This document shows positions 1 to 11,344 of a stretch of 61,013 nt of DNA, in pieces. The DNA comes from Craspedostauros australis. Its lineage: Eukaryota. The stretch lies in NCBI GenBank assembly GCA_030167865.1, contig JALAGF010004370.1, positions 1 to 61,013 of the forward strand, in the 5' to 3' direction. Every line of letters starts with the position of its first letter. Within the stretch, counting starts at the first letter, position 1. The translations under genes and the position numbers were made by a program. The notes beneath the pieces were generated by a model. It was not told the origin of the DNA, did no database searches, and worked only from the letters and a program-made list of their open reading frames with translations.

Positions 1-2
1 GT

Positions 3-2015
3 ATCCTTCAGAATGGATTGGATGTGTTTCCGTTTCTGTTGTGCGACCGTCGTGGCTGCAGTGATGGCAGAACCGACGATCTGCGTCGACAACGCCTCGA
101 AGGGAAGCAGAGTCCTTCCAAGAAAGTCATAGCTGCCCTCCAACCGCTTTCCACCCTCCAACAGCCACACACACAGCAGTTGAATGGCTTCATCCACCAA
201 GTATGGCTTCTTCAGGCTCTTCGGCTGCGTGAATGCTGGATCCACCTGAGTATTCCCATCCTCATCCATCACAACGTGGTCGAATGTCTCGAAAGGCACT
301 GGTACCACCAGTCCATACCTCGTGACGAGATGGTACATGATGTTGATGTCGTTCGTTCCGAACCTCTCGAACTCGATTCCATAGTCGAGTCTCCTCGCGC
401 GTTCCTTTGCTGTCTCGATATCCATGGGCACTTCGAGTTCCTCTTGATACAGAGCAATGGCCAGGACTCGTGCCACTGCCAGAGCTTGTTTGCTGGCTCC
501 TTCTGTCGTACCAGTCCGAAGGGTGGAAAAGCCATTGCATCGTAGAAACTTGGTGAACACGAACGAGATCAGCCTCATGTCATCATCCGGGTTGCCGATC
601 TTCAACATCGATTCTGCCAGCTGGTTGATGAAGATGGACGTCATCCTTGCATTGTGTGTTGCGATGATGCTCAGGAATGGCGTCTCCATCATCTTCTTGT
701 AGGTGGGGAGCTTGCGCCTTTGCCATCTTCGTTCGTTGTATTCCTTGCAAAGGGCTTCGTACGTTTGTTTGGGATCCTTTTTGGCGCTGGAGTCAAGACA
801 GACGAAGTTTTTGCTTGGAGAACCGGCAATCCCACGGTACATTCCTGTGCCTGCGATAGAGAAGACCACCTCGATGGCTGACGGGGTTTCGGTTGCTGGG
901 AGTCCACCATGATCCGTGCTGTCTCCTTCCTTCGCGCCTCCAGACCCATTGTTCATGATGTAGTGACCAAGGTCTCTTCCAAGGTCATCATAGTTTTTGA
1001 TGATCTCTCTCGCAAGATTGGGACACTTCGATGCTTCATCGATGGCAAGCACTATCCGAATCCTGTTGTCGTTCACATTCGGGTGTTCATCGTCGCCAAC
1101 CGCGTTGCCCCCGCCTTGATTCTTCTTGAGTGTACGCAACCGCTGCTGCACCGTGGTTACGATCGTTGATAGCACCTCACCGTTGTATGCGAAGTCAGTA
1201 TCCACCCATCTCTTCAAATAGGTTCGGCACTGATTCGTTCGATCTCCGTTTGGTTCCCTCATCGCTATGTCACCATCTGCTTCGTGCATCAGAGTGATGG
1301 TCGCATTTCTTGACTCTGAGCTTGTCGCCAGCTCAACTGTCTTGCCTGTGCCGCTGCCGGAGAAGAGGACACGAACAACGCTGGAATCTGGCGCTTCGTC
1401 ATGTTTGGCGATATGAACTGTTTGGGGGATTCCAAAGTTGTTGCCCATGTGTCGAAACTTGCATTCGCCGATGTAGTATGCTGCTCTGCCATCGTCACAG
1501 TCCATGCGGTGAAGAGAATGCGTTGTTCGGTCGCTTCGGGCGTTGTGGAGAATACTCAGGATCTTCCGCACCGATTCGCGGAGAGGAATGCTTGGGTCAT
1601 CGATTCCTCCTAGACCCTTGATTGACCTCCATGCGTATGTTGCGTTGTCCTTATTGCCGCCGTTGTAGAGCCATTGGACCAGAACCCCGTTTTCAAGCGT
1701 GGCGAGGCCAATACTCATTGTATGTACTCCCTCCTTCTGCAAGTGGTTGTTTTCGACCTGATCGATAATCTGCTTTCGAAAGCTCATCATTCTGTTGAGC
1801 CATTTAATCTCCCGTACGCTCTTGGCGTCTTTTGATTCCATGCTCTGCGTTTCGGCGCTTTCCTCATGCTTCAGCAAGGTCTTCAGAGCCTTCTGGATGC
1901 TTTCGTCATCCTTGGTGGTCCAAAAGTGGTAGGTCTTGAAGACAGAATCGTGGCTGGTCGCAACGAGCGGCGAGTCACCACCAGGATCACCGGCGTCACC
2001 GCCAACTGCAGCCAT
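3..2015 (-). CDS. Large intronless P-loop NTPase, truncated at the left edge (>=671 aa); resembles Crinkler/RHS (CR)-type NTPases
   Basis: Manual translation gives an open minus-strand frame from ATG 2015 (MAAVGGDAGD...) to the window edge with no stop. Walker A-like VLFSGSGTGKT at ~1338-1370, Walker B IVLAIDEA at ~1032-1055, downstream strand VVFSIAGTG at ~843-869. It is missing from the ORF track because its stop lies outside the window. Confidence 0.8.
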   Translation of the reverse strand, partial: MAAVGGDAGDPGGDSPLVATSHDSVFKTYHFWTTKDDESIQKALKTLLKHEESAETQSMESKDAKSVREIKWLNRMMSFRKQIIDQVENNHLQKEGVHTMSIGLATLENGVLVQWLYNGGNKDNATYAWRSIKGLGGIDDPSIPLRESVRKILSILHNARSDRTTHSLHRMDCDDGRAAYYIGECKFRHMGNNFGIPQTVHIAKHDEAPDSSVVRVLFSGSGTGKTVELATSSESRNATITLMHEADGDIAMREPNGDRTNQCRTYLKRWVDTDFAYNGEVLSTIVTTVQQRLRTLKKNQGGGNAVGDDEHPNVNDNRIRIVLAIDEASKCPNLAREIIKNYDDLGRDLGHYIMNNGSGGAKEGDSTDHGGLPATETPSAIEVVFSIAGTGMYRGIAGSPSKNFVCLDSSAKKDPKQTYEALCKEYNERRWQRRKLPTYKKMMETPFLSIIATHNARMTSIFINQLAESMLKIGNPDDDMRLISFVFTKFLRCNGFSTLRTGTTEGASKQALAVARVLAIALYQEELEVPMDIETAKERARRLDYGIEFERFGTNDINIMYHLVTRYGLVVPVPFETFDHVVMDEDGNTQVDPAFTQPKSLKKPYLVDEAIQLLCVWLLEGGKRLEGSYDFLGRTLLPFEALSTQIVGSAITAATTVAQQKRKHIQSILKD

Positions 2016-3083
2016 CTCAAAGCGAGGGCGAAATCGTTGATTCTTGGCTTTGGTGCGAGTGTGAGTGTGAGTTCGAGTGCGAGCTTGATGTACCGGTCCA
2101 ATCTGGTCACTTGAGAGGTTCTGTTGTGGGCTGGAGCAGGAGTGCGGTGGAGACAGCGTTGGTGGCTATGGCTGTTGATGGCAGTGGTGTCGTTTTCGGC
2201 GTTTTAGGTGATCGTATGATTTGGCACAACAGATCGATGATTCGGTTTTTTGTGGCTGTTGGTGTTGCAAGCCATTCGATTGGAGTTGTTGTGCTGCTAT
2301 GTGTGGGATGTCTGTACCGTGCTACACTCTCTCATTCTGTTGTGCTCTGCCTCGTACTGGTTGGTCATCTCAGGTTTTTGCGTCCTAACGCAAAGATCTT
2401 CTGCAACGTGGCGTGTGGAGTCCGGATACGGTTGTCAATGCGATACCCATGTTTCGCTTCTATCATCCTCTGTGCTCTCCACAAAGTCCGAAGTGTGGCG
2501 GTACTTGTTGTCAGAATTTGCCTCTTGCACGCTATGGTGCATGATCGATCCTTCCTTCTCGTTCTTCGAAACCCTAATACACAACACGCTACATCGTTGT
2601 CTATTGTCGCCTTCTCCGATGTCAAATACGCACGATTGTACTGGACCTCGTTGTTTGGGCCATGCATACTACTACATGGCCCAATGAATTCGCACGCAAA
2701 GCATGGCAGGCGGAGCATGGTATGTATGCGGAGTGAGGGAACCCAATTCAGATCTCACGCGCTGATGTTGTGGTCGTATGCATGTCAAGGGTTAGGGCAG
2801 ACTCTGGAGAGTCAGGTGTCCGAAGGCGTGCCATGGTTGTAGAATCATGGAAGGACGGAATCGGAGAGATGCTATTTAAGATAATGTGTTTGCCTATCGG
2901 CTCGCTCTACCGTCGTTGAATCGGCAAGAGGCCGTTGGGCGAGTTCCAATTACATGTGAATTGAAGAGAGTGTGCCACATCATACTATCGTTGAACATTA
3001 CTCTTGTTGAACATTACTCTTGTTGACTAGTACGTGACTCGTACATATTACACACATTGTATCGCCTTGAAGACGATACTGAA

Positions 3084-5192
3084 TTAGTAGAACTTGGTGG
3101 ACTTGCGTATGAGAATGACAAGTGCTGACAAGCGGAACAGCAAAAAGAGAGAGAGAAGGACCAGCCAGTACCAGTACGTGTCATCCTCCTCGGCATCCAT
3201 GTTGCTGATCACTCTCTCGCACTTTTCGGCTGGATTGCAGGACTCGAATTCCTCCAACACCATCAAGCGGAGTGCGTAAGTCAAGGAGCAAAGGTACTGC
3301 GCCCATCTCAACCATGATGGAATGAGATCAGTGGCCACGAAGAATCCTGCGAACAGCATCTGCGGGACGAAGAGCATGGGCAGCAGTTCTGTTGCCGTCT
3401 TCGGATCTTCCACTGCTGCTCCCAATGCAACGGCCAATGCGGCGGACACCATGGCCAGGGCATAGTTGATGAGGAGGAACCACCCGAAGCCCATCTGGAA
3501 GTCGATCATGTAGAAGGTGATGATGGACAGGCAGAAGATCTGGCCCAAGGTCACGACGGCCTCGACTGTGAGACGGGACAGGAAGTAGGCGACGATGCTG
3601 TAATGGTTGGTGGAGTATTCACGCAAGAAGACTGGGCGTTGGGAAGGGAACTGGAGCAGCGCATCGTCAGCCGTGCCAAACATGGCCATGAGCAGGACGA
3701 CGATGAGAGCGCCCCAGCGACTTTGCACGTTGATCTGTACGGAGGGATCCTCCGCGCCCACATCCCAGAAGATGACGCCAATGAGGATGCCCAGAAAGAT
3801 GGTGAGACCGTATCGTGTTCCCACAGCTCCGACATCGCGCTTCAGGTTGATGAACTCGCGACCGAATAGAAGGCGGAGCTGAGTGAGGATGCTGACCTGG
3901 CGAGTATCGAACTTGTCATCGTCCATTCCGGTGGAATGATTGGTGATACCAAGAGCGTCGCGGCCAGTCTCATTGAGTCCATCCAACGGCGGCGCCATGT
4001 CGCGCTCGTCGATGGGGAAGAATCCGTCCTTCTCCAGCTGCTTGATGTCCTTGGCCTGAGCCACCGCCATGATGTGGTCCGACACGTTGTAGTACTGCGG
4101 TACCGGGCTGTTGCGTTCCGCGAAGTGCTGCGGGACTGCATCAACGGCTCCCTGGTACATGACACGTCCCTTGTTCATGAGGATGAGGTGGTCAAAGGAG
4201 TTGAAGATCTCGCTGGATGGCTGATGGATGGTGAAGAGGACACTCGCGCCAGCGTTGGCGACCTTCTTCAGCACCTGGCACAGCTGGACAGCAGAGAAGC
4301 TGTCCAATCCAGATGTTGGCTCGTCCAAGAAGACAAGAGCCGGCTTAGTGACGAGCTCCACCCCCACGGACGTTCGCTTGCGCTGCCCGCCGCTGATGCC
4401 CTTGATGAGCGGCCCTCCGACGATGGTGTCGGCGCAATCCACCAGACCGAGCTCGGCGAGCATGCGGGTGGTCAGCATCTCGATTTCCTCGTCGGTGGTG
4501 GACCGTGGAAGGCGCAGCTTGGCGGAGAAGCGAATGGCCTCGCGTGGAGTCGATGTGACTGGGAGGGAATCATCCTGTGCCACGAAGGCGATCTGCTGGC
4601 GCACATTGATGTCGGTGGGGTCGACGATGTAGTTGTTGAGACGGACGTCAGCATCGATGGTGATTGCACCTCCGGTGGCGGCTCTTCCCGCCAGGATGTT
4701 GAGGAGCGACGTCTTGCCGGCTCCACTATTGGTCGTTGGGGTGATAGATGTGAATGCATAGAGTGGATGGAATGGATGGAGTGGAATAGATCGAGGTTGA
4801 GGAACGTGTTTCGGAGCGTTCGTGCCGGCGATGTAGTCAGTATAGCGTGGAATTACACGACGGTAGACAGTCTCAAGAAAGCCACGATGTCAATCCAATC
4901 AATTCATCAGGAGTCAGTTTCTCCTGCGGTCGTACCTTGGTCCCATGATCGCTGTGGTTTGCTTGGCTGGGACTTCTCCCCACACCTTTTCAAGAAGCAT
5001 GCGATCCTCCTTGCCATCCTTGCCTGCCAAGGTCATGTCGACGTTGGTCCATGTGAGGGTCTTGCCGTCACGTTCCGCGAATGGATCACCGCGGATGGCC
5101 ATCGCAGTCGCGGTGGTTTGGGCATCGTTTGGTTTGACGCCGACTTCGACGTCGCCATTGTCGCTGCTCTTTTCGTTATGGATGGTAGTCAT
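3084..5192 (-). CDS. ABCG (White-family) half ABC transporter; exons 5192-4936 and 4725-3084
   Basis: Removing GT-AG intron 4726-4935 rebuilds Walker A GPSGAGKT. Signature ISGGQRKR, Walker B LVFLDEPTSGLD and H-loop TIHQP follow, then a C-terminal ABC2-type membrane domain (NBD-TMD order). Confidence 0.95.
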
Positions 5193-6569
5193 GTTTGAGA
5201 TGATGAAAGGAGAGGATTGTTGTTTGGCTGGTTGCTTTTTCTCAGGTGTAATTGTTGTGTGTACGATTCCGTGGATGTACTAGTATGTGTGCATGTATGT
5301 GGGTGTGTGGTTGTTGTTGTTTGTGGAGGAGAAGATCTTATGAGCTTTCCTTCTCCGGTGGACTCGTACTGATACGCATGTTGTCGGCGATGGTGCTCGG
5401 TGTCGCTGGTGTTGCTGGTGTTGCTGGTGTTGGTGTGTGTCGCGAAGGCTCTCTCTCTTTCTCTCTCGGAAGAGAGCAAAGGTGGTGTATGGTGTTTGTG
5501 GAAAATGTGTTGACTTGCCGATCTTGTTCCTCTTCATTTCGTTGTCGAATTCTCAGGATCAATCTCGTGTATGTTCATTTGGAACAACGGTTGTTCCACA
5601 CTTGCGAGCATCACCCTTCTCTTTTCCAGCACAAGCGACAAAAATCTGGAGGCGTTCGCACATCGAAAGGAACCGCACGCAATCAACTCTCTGGTTGTCG
5701 CACGTCCTCGTACGAGCACCAGACGAGCTGCAAACTGTTGTTCTTCCGTGGAGCATCATGCATAGATCGTACGTGCTCTGCGAGTACGATGCCTGGACAG
5801 TGCAGACAACCGTACGAGTATCTTCTCGTTCCATACCGTGGATGTCGACACGCAAATATCTCTCCAAAATGGAGGAGGCGGAACAGAAGCAATTAGCAGC
5901 CAGGAGATGCTCTCCTTTCGGCGGCTCGGTGACCGCCCCTTGGATTGTTTGTGTGCATCAAAGCGAACCGACACCTCCACGTGCGCATTCTCGGTACATG
6001 AGTTTTTTGGGGTTGTTGTCATTTGTTTGGACGTTGTTGTTGACAAGTGCTTCACGACACGACTATCACTCGCTCTGCGCATTTGTCGTTTCGTCTTGCT
6101 TCCTCTATTGTCTAGTCCGCGTTCTCTGGTCACGCGTACACAAGATTGAATGAACCAAAGATACCAGTTGGTGTCATTCTGGATTTCGATTGGCTGATGT
6201 CGACTTCATCAATCACGAGAAAGATTGGAGGGGTTCGTGTGGGTGTCAACTGTCAGTGACACGCCACTTTCACACTCCGCGACGACAACAGTGACGACGG
6301 TGCCAACCTTCTGCTTCTCCCCTCCCTCTCTTTTCTTCCTTCCACACCGACGGATACGATGACAGCAATCGCAGAGATGAAGAAATGAACCATGTCGATG
6401 ATCGCAATTCATACTCACAACCAGCCAAGAGCCAGTAGTCGTGGAGTTCCGCAACAAGTCCGCCTCCGATAGTGGGCACATACTTGCGCCCCACATCGAT
6501 CGAGTGCACCATCCTCGTATTCGTGCAAGAATTGTGAGGACAGGCTCGAGTTGCACCTCTTCAAACGCC

Positions 6570-8566
6570 ATGCCGAGCAACAGAAGTGGCAGCAGTAGCA
6601 GCGGCAGAGAACGATCCGATTTCATCCTATCGAGCCTGCTGTTTGTGTCCACGGTGTGGTGGGGATGGCGACGATCCAGAGCAGAGCTTCGTAGAAAGCA
6701 GGAAAAACAAGAGCGACGACGACAATGGCGCGTGGCTGACTCCAACAGCGCAGAACGATGGAGCGGACAAGGCGAAAAGACCACTTCCCTTCAGCCATGC
6801 GGAAGAGTGGGAACGAGAGGACTCGCAGCGCTTTGCCCGCCACCGGCGCATCACGCCGGGTTCATTTACTGCATGCAAGATCCGTGCCATCCAACTTTCA
6901 ATCCATCAGGTTACATCGCCCTGTGCATGGCAGAGAACAAGTTGATGATCGATGTTCTGACGGAGCGGTTGGCACAAGCAACAACGGCAATCACGGCATT
7001 CTCTGACGTCAGCGTGTATTCGTACAATTCCTTCCTGGGCCTGGCGATTGCGCGACAAGCCGTCGCATACTTCTTGGCCAAGCGCTTCCTGTTTTCGAAC
7101 GGCTCGTCGCATCCTTCTCAGCAACAGCAGCAGCAGCAACAGCAACAGCAGCAACAATCTCCACACCAACAACAATGGCAAGATATCACTCCGGAGCAGG
7201 CGTTGGAACATGTTTCACCAGATCATGTGTGTCTGGCGGCTGGAGCAAGTGCGATACTGAATGCGCTGTTCTTCCTATTGGGCAGCGACGGCAGCAAGCA
7301 TGCAAGGAACAAGCACAGTGACGAAGACAATGGTGGTGATGGTACCGATGACGACGACAATGACGCAGATGCCGAGACGGATTTTGATGGACGGAGTTCG
7401 TTGCAGGATGCGTGCCTGATCCCAACCCCGTACTATGCAGCATTTGATAACGCCATGTCGGTGAGTAGTTTCTGACTGATCGCTGTTGCGGCGTCCCCGA
7501 ATTTACTCCCAGGTTTGGGCAATTGCGTACTGGAACAATGTACGACCGCACTTGTATCCATGTCAGCATGTGCGGCAATGAACTCAACTATCCATGTGCA
7601 CTTGCCTCATGCAACTCTTCCGCTTGCATTATGCTCGTGCTACAAATGATATAATAATACATCACACACAAACTACAGATGGTGGCTGGCATTGAACCCT
7701 TTGGCTTCAGTGTCGTCGATCGAACAAACGGACCCACACCTTCCGACCTGGGCCACGCTTTCAACAAAGCAAAACAACACGGCTACAATCCCAAATTCCT
7801 TCTCCTCACCAATCCGAACAATCCGTTGGGGGTCGTGTACAGAGCGCAGACAATTCAGAATGCAGCGGAATGGTGTCGCAAACGAAACATGCATCTCATC
7901 ATGGACGAGTGCTACGCTTTGTCGGTTCACAGGCAAGAGCAGGGCACTCGCAATGCGACTGCGTTCCGATCGGTCTTGCATGCACTCGACAACAACCTGG
8001 GAAACCACGTCCACATGGTCTGGTCGATCTCCAAAGACTTCGGAGCCAGCGGCCTGCGATTGGGAGTCCTGTACACGCAGAATGAATTGCTGATCCGATG
8101 CCTTGCGAACATGAACATCTTCTCGGGAGCATCCGCACCAATCCAGATGGTCGTCTCCGAATTGCTCACGGACGATGACTTCGTCGATCGGTACTTGATG
8201 GAGCATCAGCTGCGGTTGACGCGGATGTACCGAATCTGCGTCAACAAGCTCCGCGACATGGTGGTGCCATTCGTCGCAGCAGAAGCCGGGATGTTCGTCT
8301 ACATCGACCTCAGCGTGCTCTTACCGAAGCGGACCGTCGAATGGGAACGCAAGCTCGCCCAGCTGATCGAGGATCATGCTCACGTGGTCCTGACATCTGG
8401 CGATTGTCAGCATGATGAACGGCCCGGCATGTTCCGCCTATGCTATGCATGGAACAGCCCCGATGTGCTGGAAGTCGCCATGGAACGCCTCAGCTGCCTT
8501 GTGTCCAAAGTCCGGCGCCTCGACTGGTCGGATCTCGACAGTCGAACGCTGAGGGGCGTTGTATGA
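6570..8566 (+). CDS. ACC synthase-like PLP-dependent class I/II aminotransferase; exons 6570-7460 and 7679-8566
   Basis: Motifs YIALCMAEN, LIPTPYY, LTNPNNPLG, HLIMDECYA, SISKDFGASGLRLG (PLP lysine) and PGMFRLCYA. Phase-0 intron 7461-7678 (gtgagt...ctacag). Start codon inferred. Confidence 0.88.
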
Positions 8567-9149
8567 TCGTCAAGTGTGGCACAGATGTTAGAACGAATAG
8601 AAGAAATACAATGTGACGCAATGCAACACAAAGTTCTATGGTGAAATGTGATATTACCCTCCTTCCAATTGGATAGGGTGGAATAGAGTATTGGTCGTAT
8701 GGCACGAAGTACACGTGGAGATTGCATCATTGCGCTTGCGTGTTCCATCGGGCAGACCAAATGGACTCGCAGGACTGTTGGCGTTGCCATGTTAGTCGTG
8801 GATATCTGGCCAATCACACTGCCTCAAGTTTGTATTGATTGATCAAGCGTGTTTTGACACGACAATGGGAACACAAACCGAACACGAAACACGGCGATCG
8901 ATTCTGCCACCGTGACTGTCTGGACCTGCGAGGACTGCGGCATTCGCGTTGTCAAGGATCCAGCGCATCATCAGCGCACCCATGATTAGACTCCAGCATA
9001 CTTGCACATACGTGTCATAACACGCATAATCTTTCCGAAACAGACAGTGGAGTACGATACAGGGAGGACCTCTATAGATCCATACGTGGGATACCTGAGG
9101 CAAGAGGAAGCTTGGAAGGATGAGCAACAACCGATCAAGTGTCAACCGC

Positions 9150-10325
9150 ATGGCAGTTCGTAAGATCCTGCTGCTTGTGCTGCTGGTTTCGTGCTGCTCG
9201 ACCGTTGCGGAGGGTGCCTTCCATGCTGCCGCTGCTGTCAGCACGGCGCAGAGACAGAACCACCATGCCTCGGTGAGATCATCGATGCGCAACGATGCTC
9301 CGCTGGCATTCGGTCTGCCCGCAACGCAAAGACGCAGCAAAAGCCATGAACTGGCCGGCAGCATACGCGAGCTTCAGGGCGGAGGCGAACTGTCAAGCCA
9401 AACTGTGGCCGCATACAACCTGATCTGGTCACCGGGCTTCCTGCCGCGATTCGCCGTATCGTCCGCGATCCTGACGTTCTTGGGCATGACGACGAGTCAT
9501 CTGCGACAAACTGGATACCTCGTGTTCATCCCAGCATCGGCGCCAATTCTTTCGGCGGTGCTTTCCAACGTAATCCTCCCGATGCTGTCCAGCTCGTGCT
9601 GTCTCCTCCAACTGGCCATCAATCTCCTCGCGGGTGGCTGCGCCGGGTTCAACACCTACCTCGGTCCAAGCCGGCCGTACTTCTTGGCGCTGCTGGGCTA
9701 CCTGACGGTGCTATCCGCCCGATGCCACCCGCCCGTCATCACGACGCTGCGCGTGGTACTGGCGCTGCTGCCAGAGATGGTCCACCTTTGGAATCAGCAA
9801 CAACGACGACGAACGCCCAGACAGGCCCCAGTTCGGTCATCCGCGAATGGAGCTCCGGCCGGCATTCGGGCCAAGTTGTTGCTTTCAGTGCCGGCCATGG
9901 GGTGCGTGAGTTGCATCAACAAGATCGAATCTTCCTTGAGACACTCATCGCCGTCGTTTGGAAGTGTGGTGGACGTCAGATCGTGGCTGTTGCCGAGCGT
10001 CGACGAGGTTGACGATGGCATGGAAACGGAGACTCCAGTTGAAGTAGAGGCTGGGAATGAAGCACATGACACGGGTGATGTGGAGGATGAGAATGATGCC
10101 AACACTCCTGTGGAGAATGGTCCCGATGAGAAACGCGTTGCCAAAACAGGACAACGAAGCATGGAGAAGAAAAAGAAGCGGGGTGGAAAGGTGATGGTGG
10201 AGGTCGAAGCAGAATCACTCGACGCATTGGATACTGTCCGCCAACAGCTCGTGGCGACGCTATACAGCGTTGGCTTTGGTGATGCATGTGAGATTGAAGC
10301 AATGGAGGTTGGATCGGGAAGGTAA
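9150..10325 (+). CDS. Membrane protein with a MerT/MerF-like transmembrane module and a C-terminal HMA domain; probable bipartite plastid presequence
   Basis: Signal peptide MAVRKILLLVLLVSCCSTVAEGAF; TM-embedded vicinal cysteines SSSCCLLQL; GCAGF and LGPSRPYFL motifs; HMA motif VPAMGCVSCINKIE. Alternative start at 9120. Confidence 0.75.
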   Translation: MAVRKILLLVLLVSCCSTVAEGAFHAAAAVSTAQRQNHHASVRSSMRNDAPLAFGLPATQRRSKSHELAGSIRELQGGGELSSQTVAAYNLIWSPGFLPRFAVSSAILTFLGMTTSHLRQTGYLVFIPASAPILSAVLSNVILPMLSSSCCLLQLAINLLAGGCAGFNTYLGPSRPYFLALLGYLTVLSARCHPPVITTLRVVLALLPEMVHLWNQQQRRRTPRQAPVRSSANGAPAGIRAKLLLSVPAMGCVSCINKIESSLRHSSPSFGSVVDVRSWLLPSVDEVDDGMETETPVEVEAGNEAHDTGDVEDENDANTPVENGPDEKRVAKTGQRSMEKKKKRGGKVMVEVEAESLDALDTVRQQLVATLYSVGFGDACEIEAMEVGSGR

Positions 10326-11344
10326 TAACCACACGAGCCACGAGGAGGAAGATACTATGCTGCACAGATCTTCCGTTGCTGCATCCTTGTGCCATGCTCC
10401 ACGCGGTTGCATGGAACGTGGAGAAAGATGCCAGGTTTAGGATCAGAAACAGAAACAAAATCAATTCTTGGATGTGGAGCATAGACAAGAAATGCAAGTC
10501 TACTACAATGCGACACAACATAATAGAGTACTCGTACTCGTACTCGCACAAGCACAACGCATGAACAACATACCGAACTGCTCTACGTGCGTACCATACG
10601 AATGCAAATTGACAATGGAATCTAATATACTAGCATTACTCTGTAACACTCTACAATATGGAGTGTCGTGTGTAGTTCACGTAGTAGCACTGAAAAGGAC
10701 CTCCTCCCAGCGTTGCCTCCTTGCCTCTCTCTTGCGTCTTCGTTGTATCTCGCACACACGCGAAGACGTGTTGGACGCAAACGAGAATACGATCGAAAGT
10801 CTATCCAATGAGACTAGAGCGTCGATTTTCGCCACTCGTCGGCATTCAGAGACACGCTTGGCAGCAGCTGATCGCCATCTCCACCCCTTCAGAAACCACC
10901 CACATACTACAAGGCCGTACTGGTAGTGTCGTACTGCTAAAACAGGCAGATGAATCCATGAAGATAAAACTGGTCGCTACTATTACATCGTTACTGTCAC
11001 TCTTTCTCTCTCTCTCTTGCTCACTTCCTCTCGCTGTCTGTTTTCTCTACTCTGTTGTTCTATGTGGCATGCTTGCAACGGTACTTGTAGCTGCGTCCTA
11101 ATTGTGCACGGTTTTGTGGCTGCCTTTTGTTTGTTCCTCTTATCCTTTTCGGATGATTCGTAGTACTGCTTGTCGTATGCTTTCAAAATGTACGAGGGTC
11201 TTCGCCTGTGCCCGTGTTGGGCCGCAGTTCGCCATGTACAGCGCTGTTAATTTCCGCCAGATCCAATTCCGATCACCCAAGTATGGTATTGCATGTTGTA
11301 AATCTATCAAATGAAATCGCTTTCTCTCTCTCTCTGTCGAACGA

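Noticed and set aside
2111-2842. 243-aa hydrophobic plus-strand ORF
   Set aside because: Non-ATG start and no motifs; it overlaps the probable promoter and 5' region of the NTPase gene.
2990-3028. 17-bp tandem duplication (GTTGAACATTACTCTT-type) downstream of ABCG
   Set aside because: A simple local duplication with no element between the copies, so not a target-site duplication.
3936-5198. 420-aa plus-strand ORF, and similar long ORFs at 15421-16056, 26647-28461 and 31051-31866
   Set aside because: These are antisense shadows of well-supported genes (ABCG, Lhcf, M8 protease, ALG1) produced by codon bias, with no motifs of their own.
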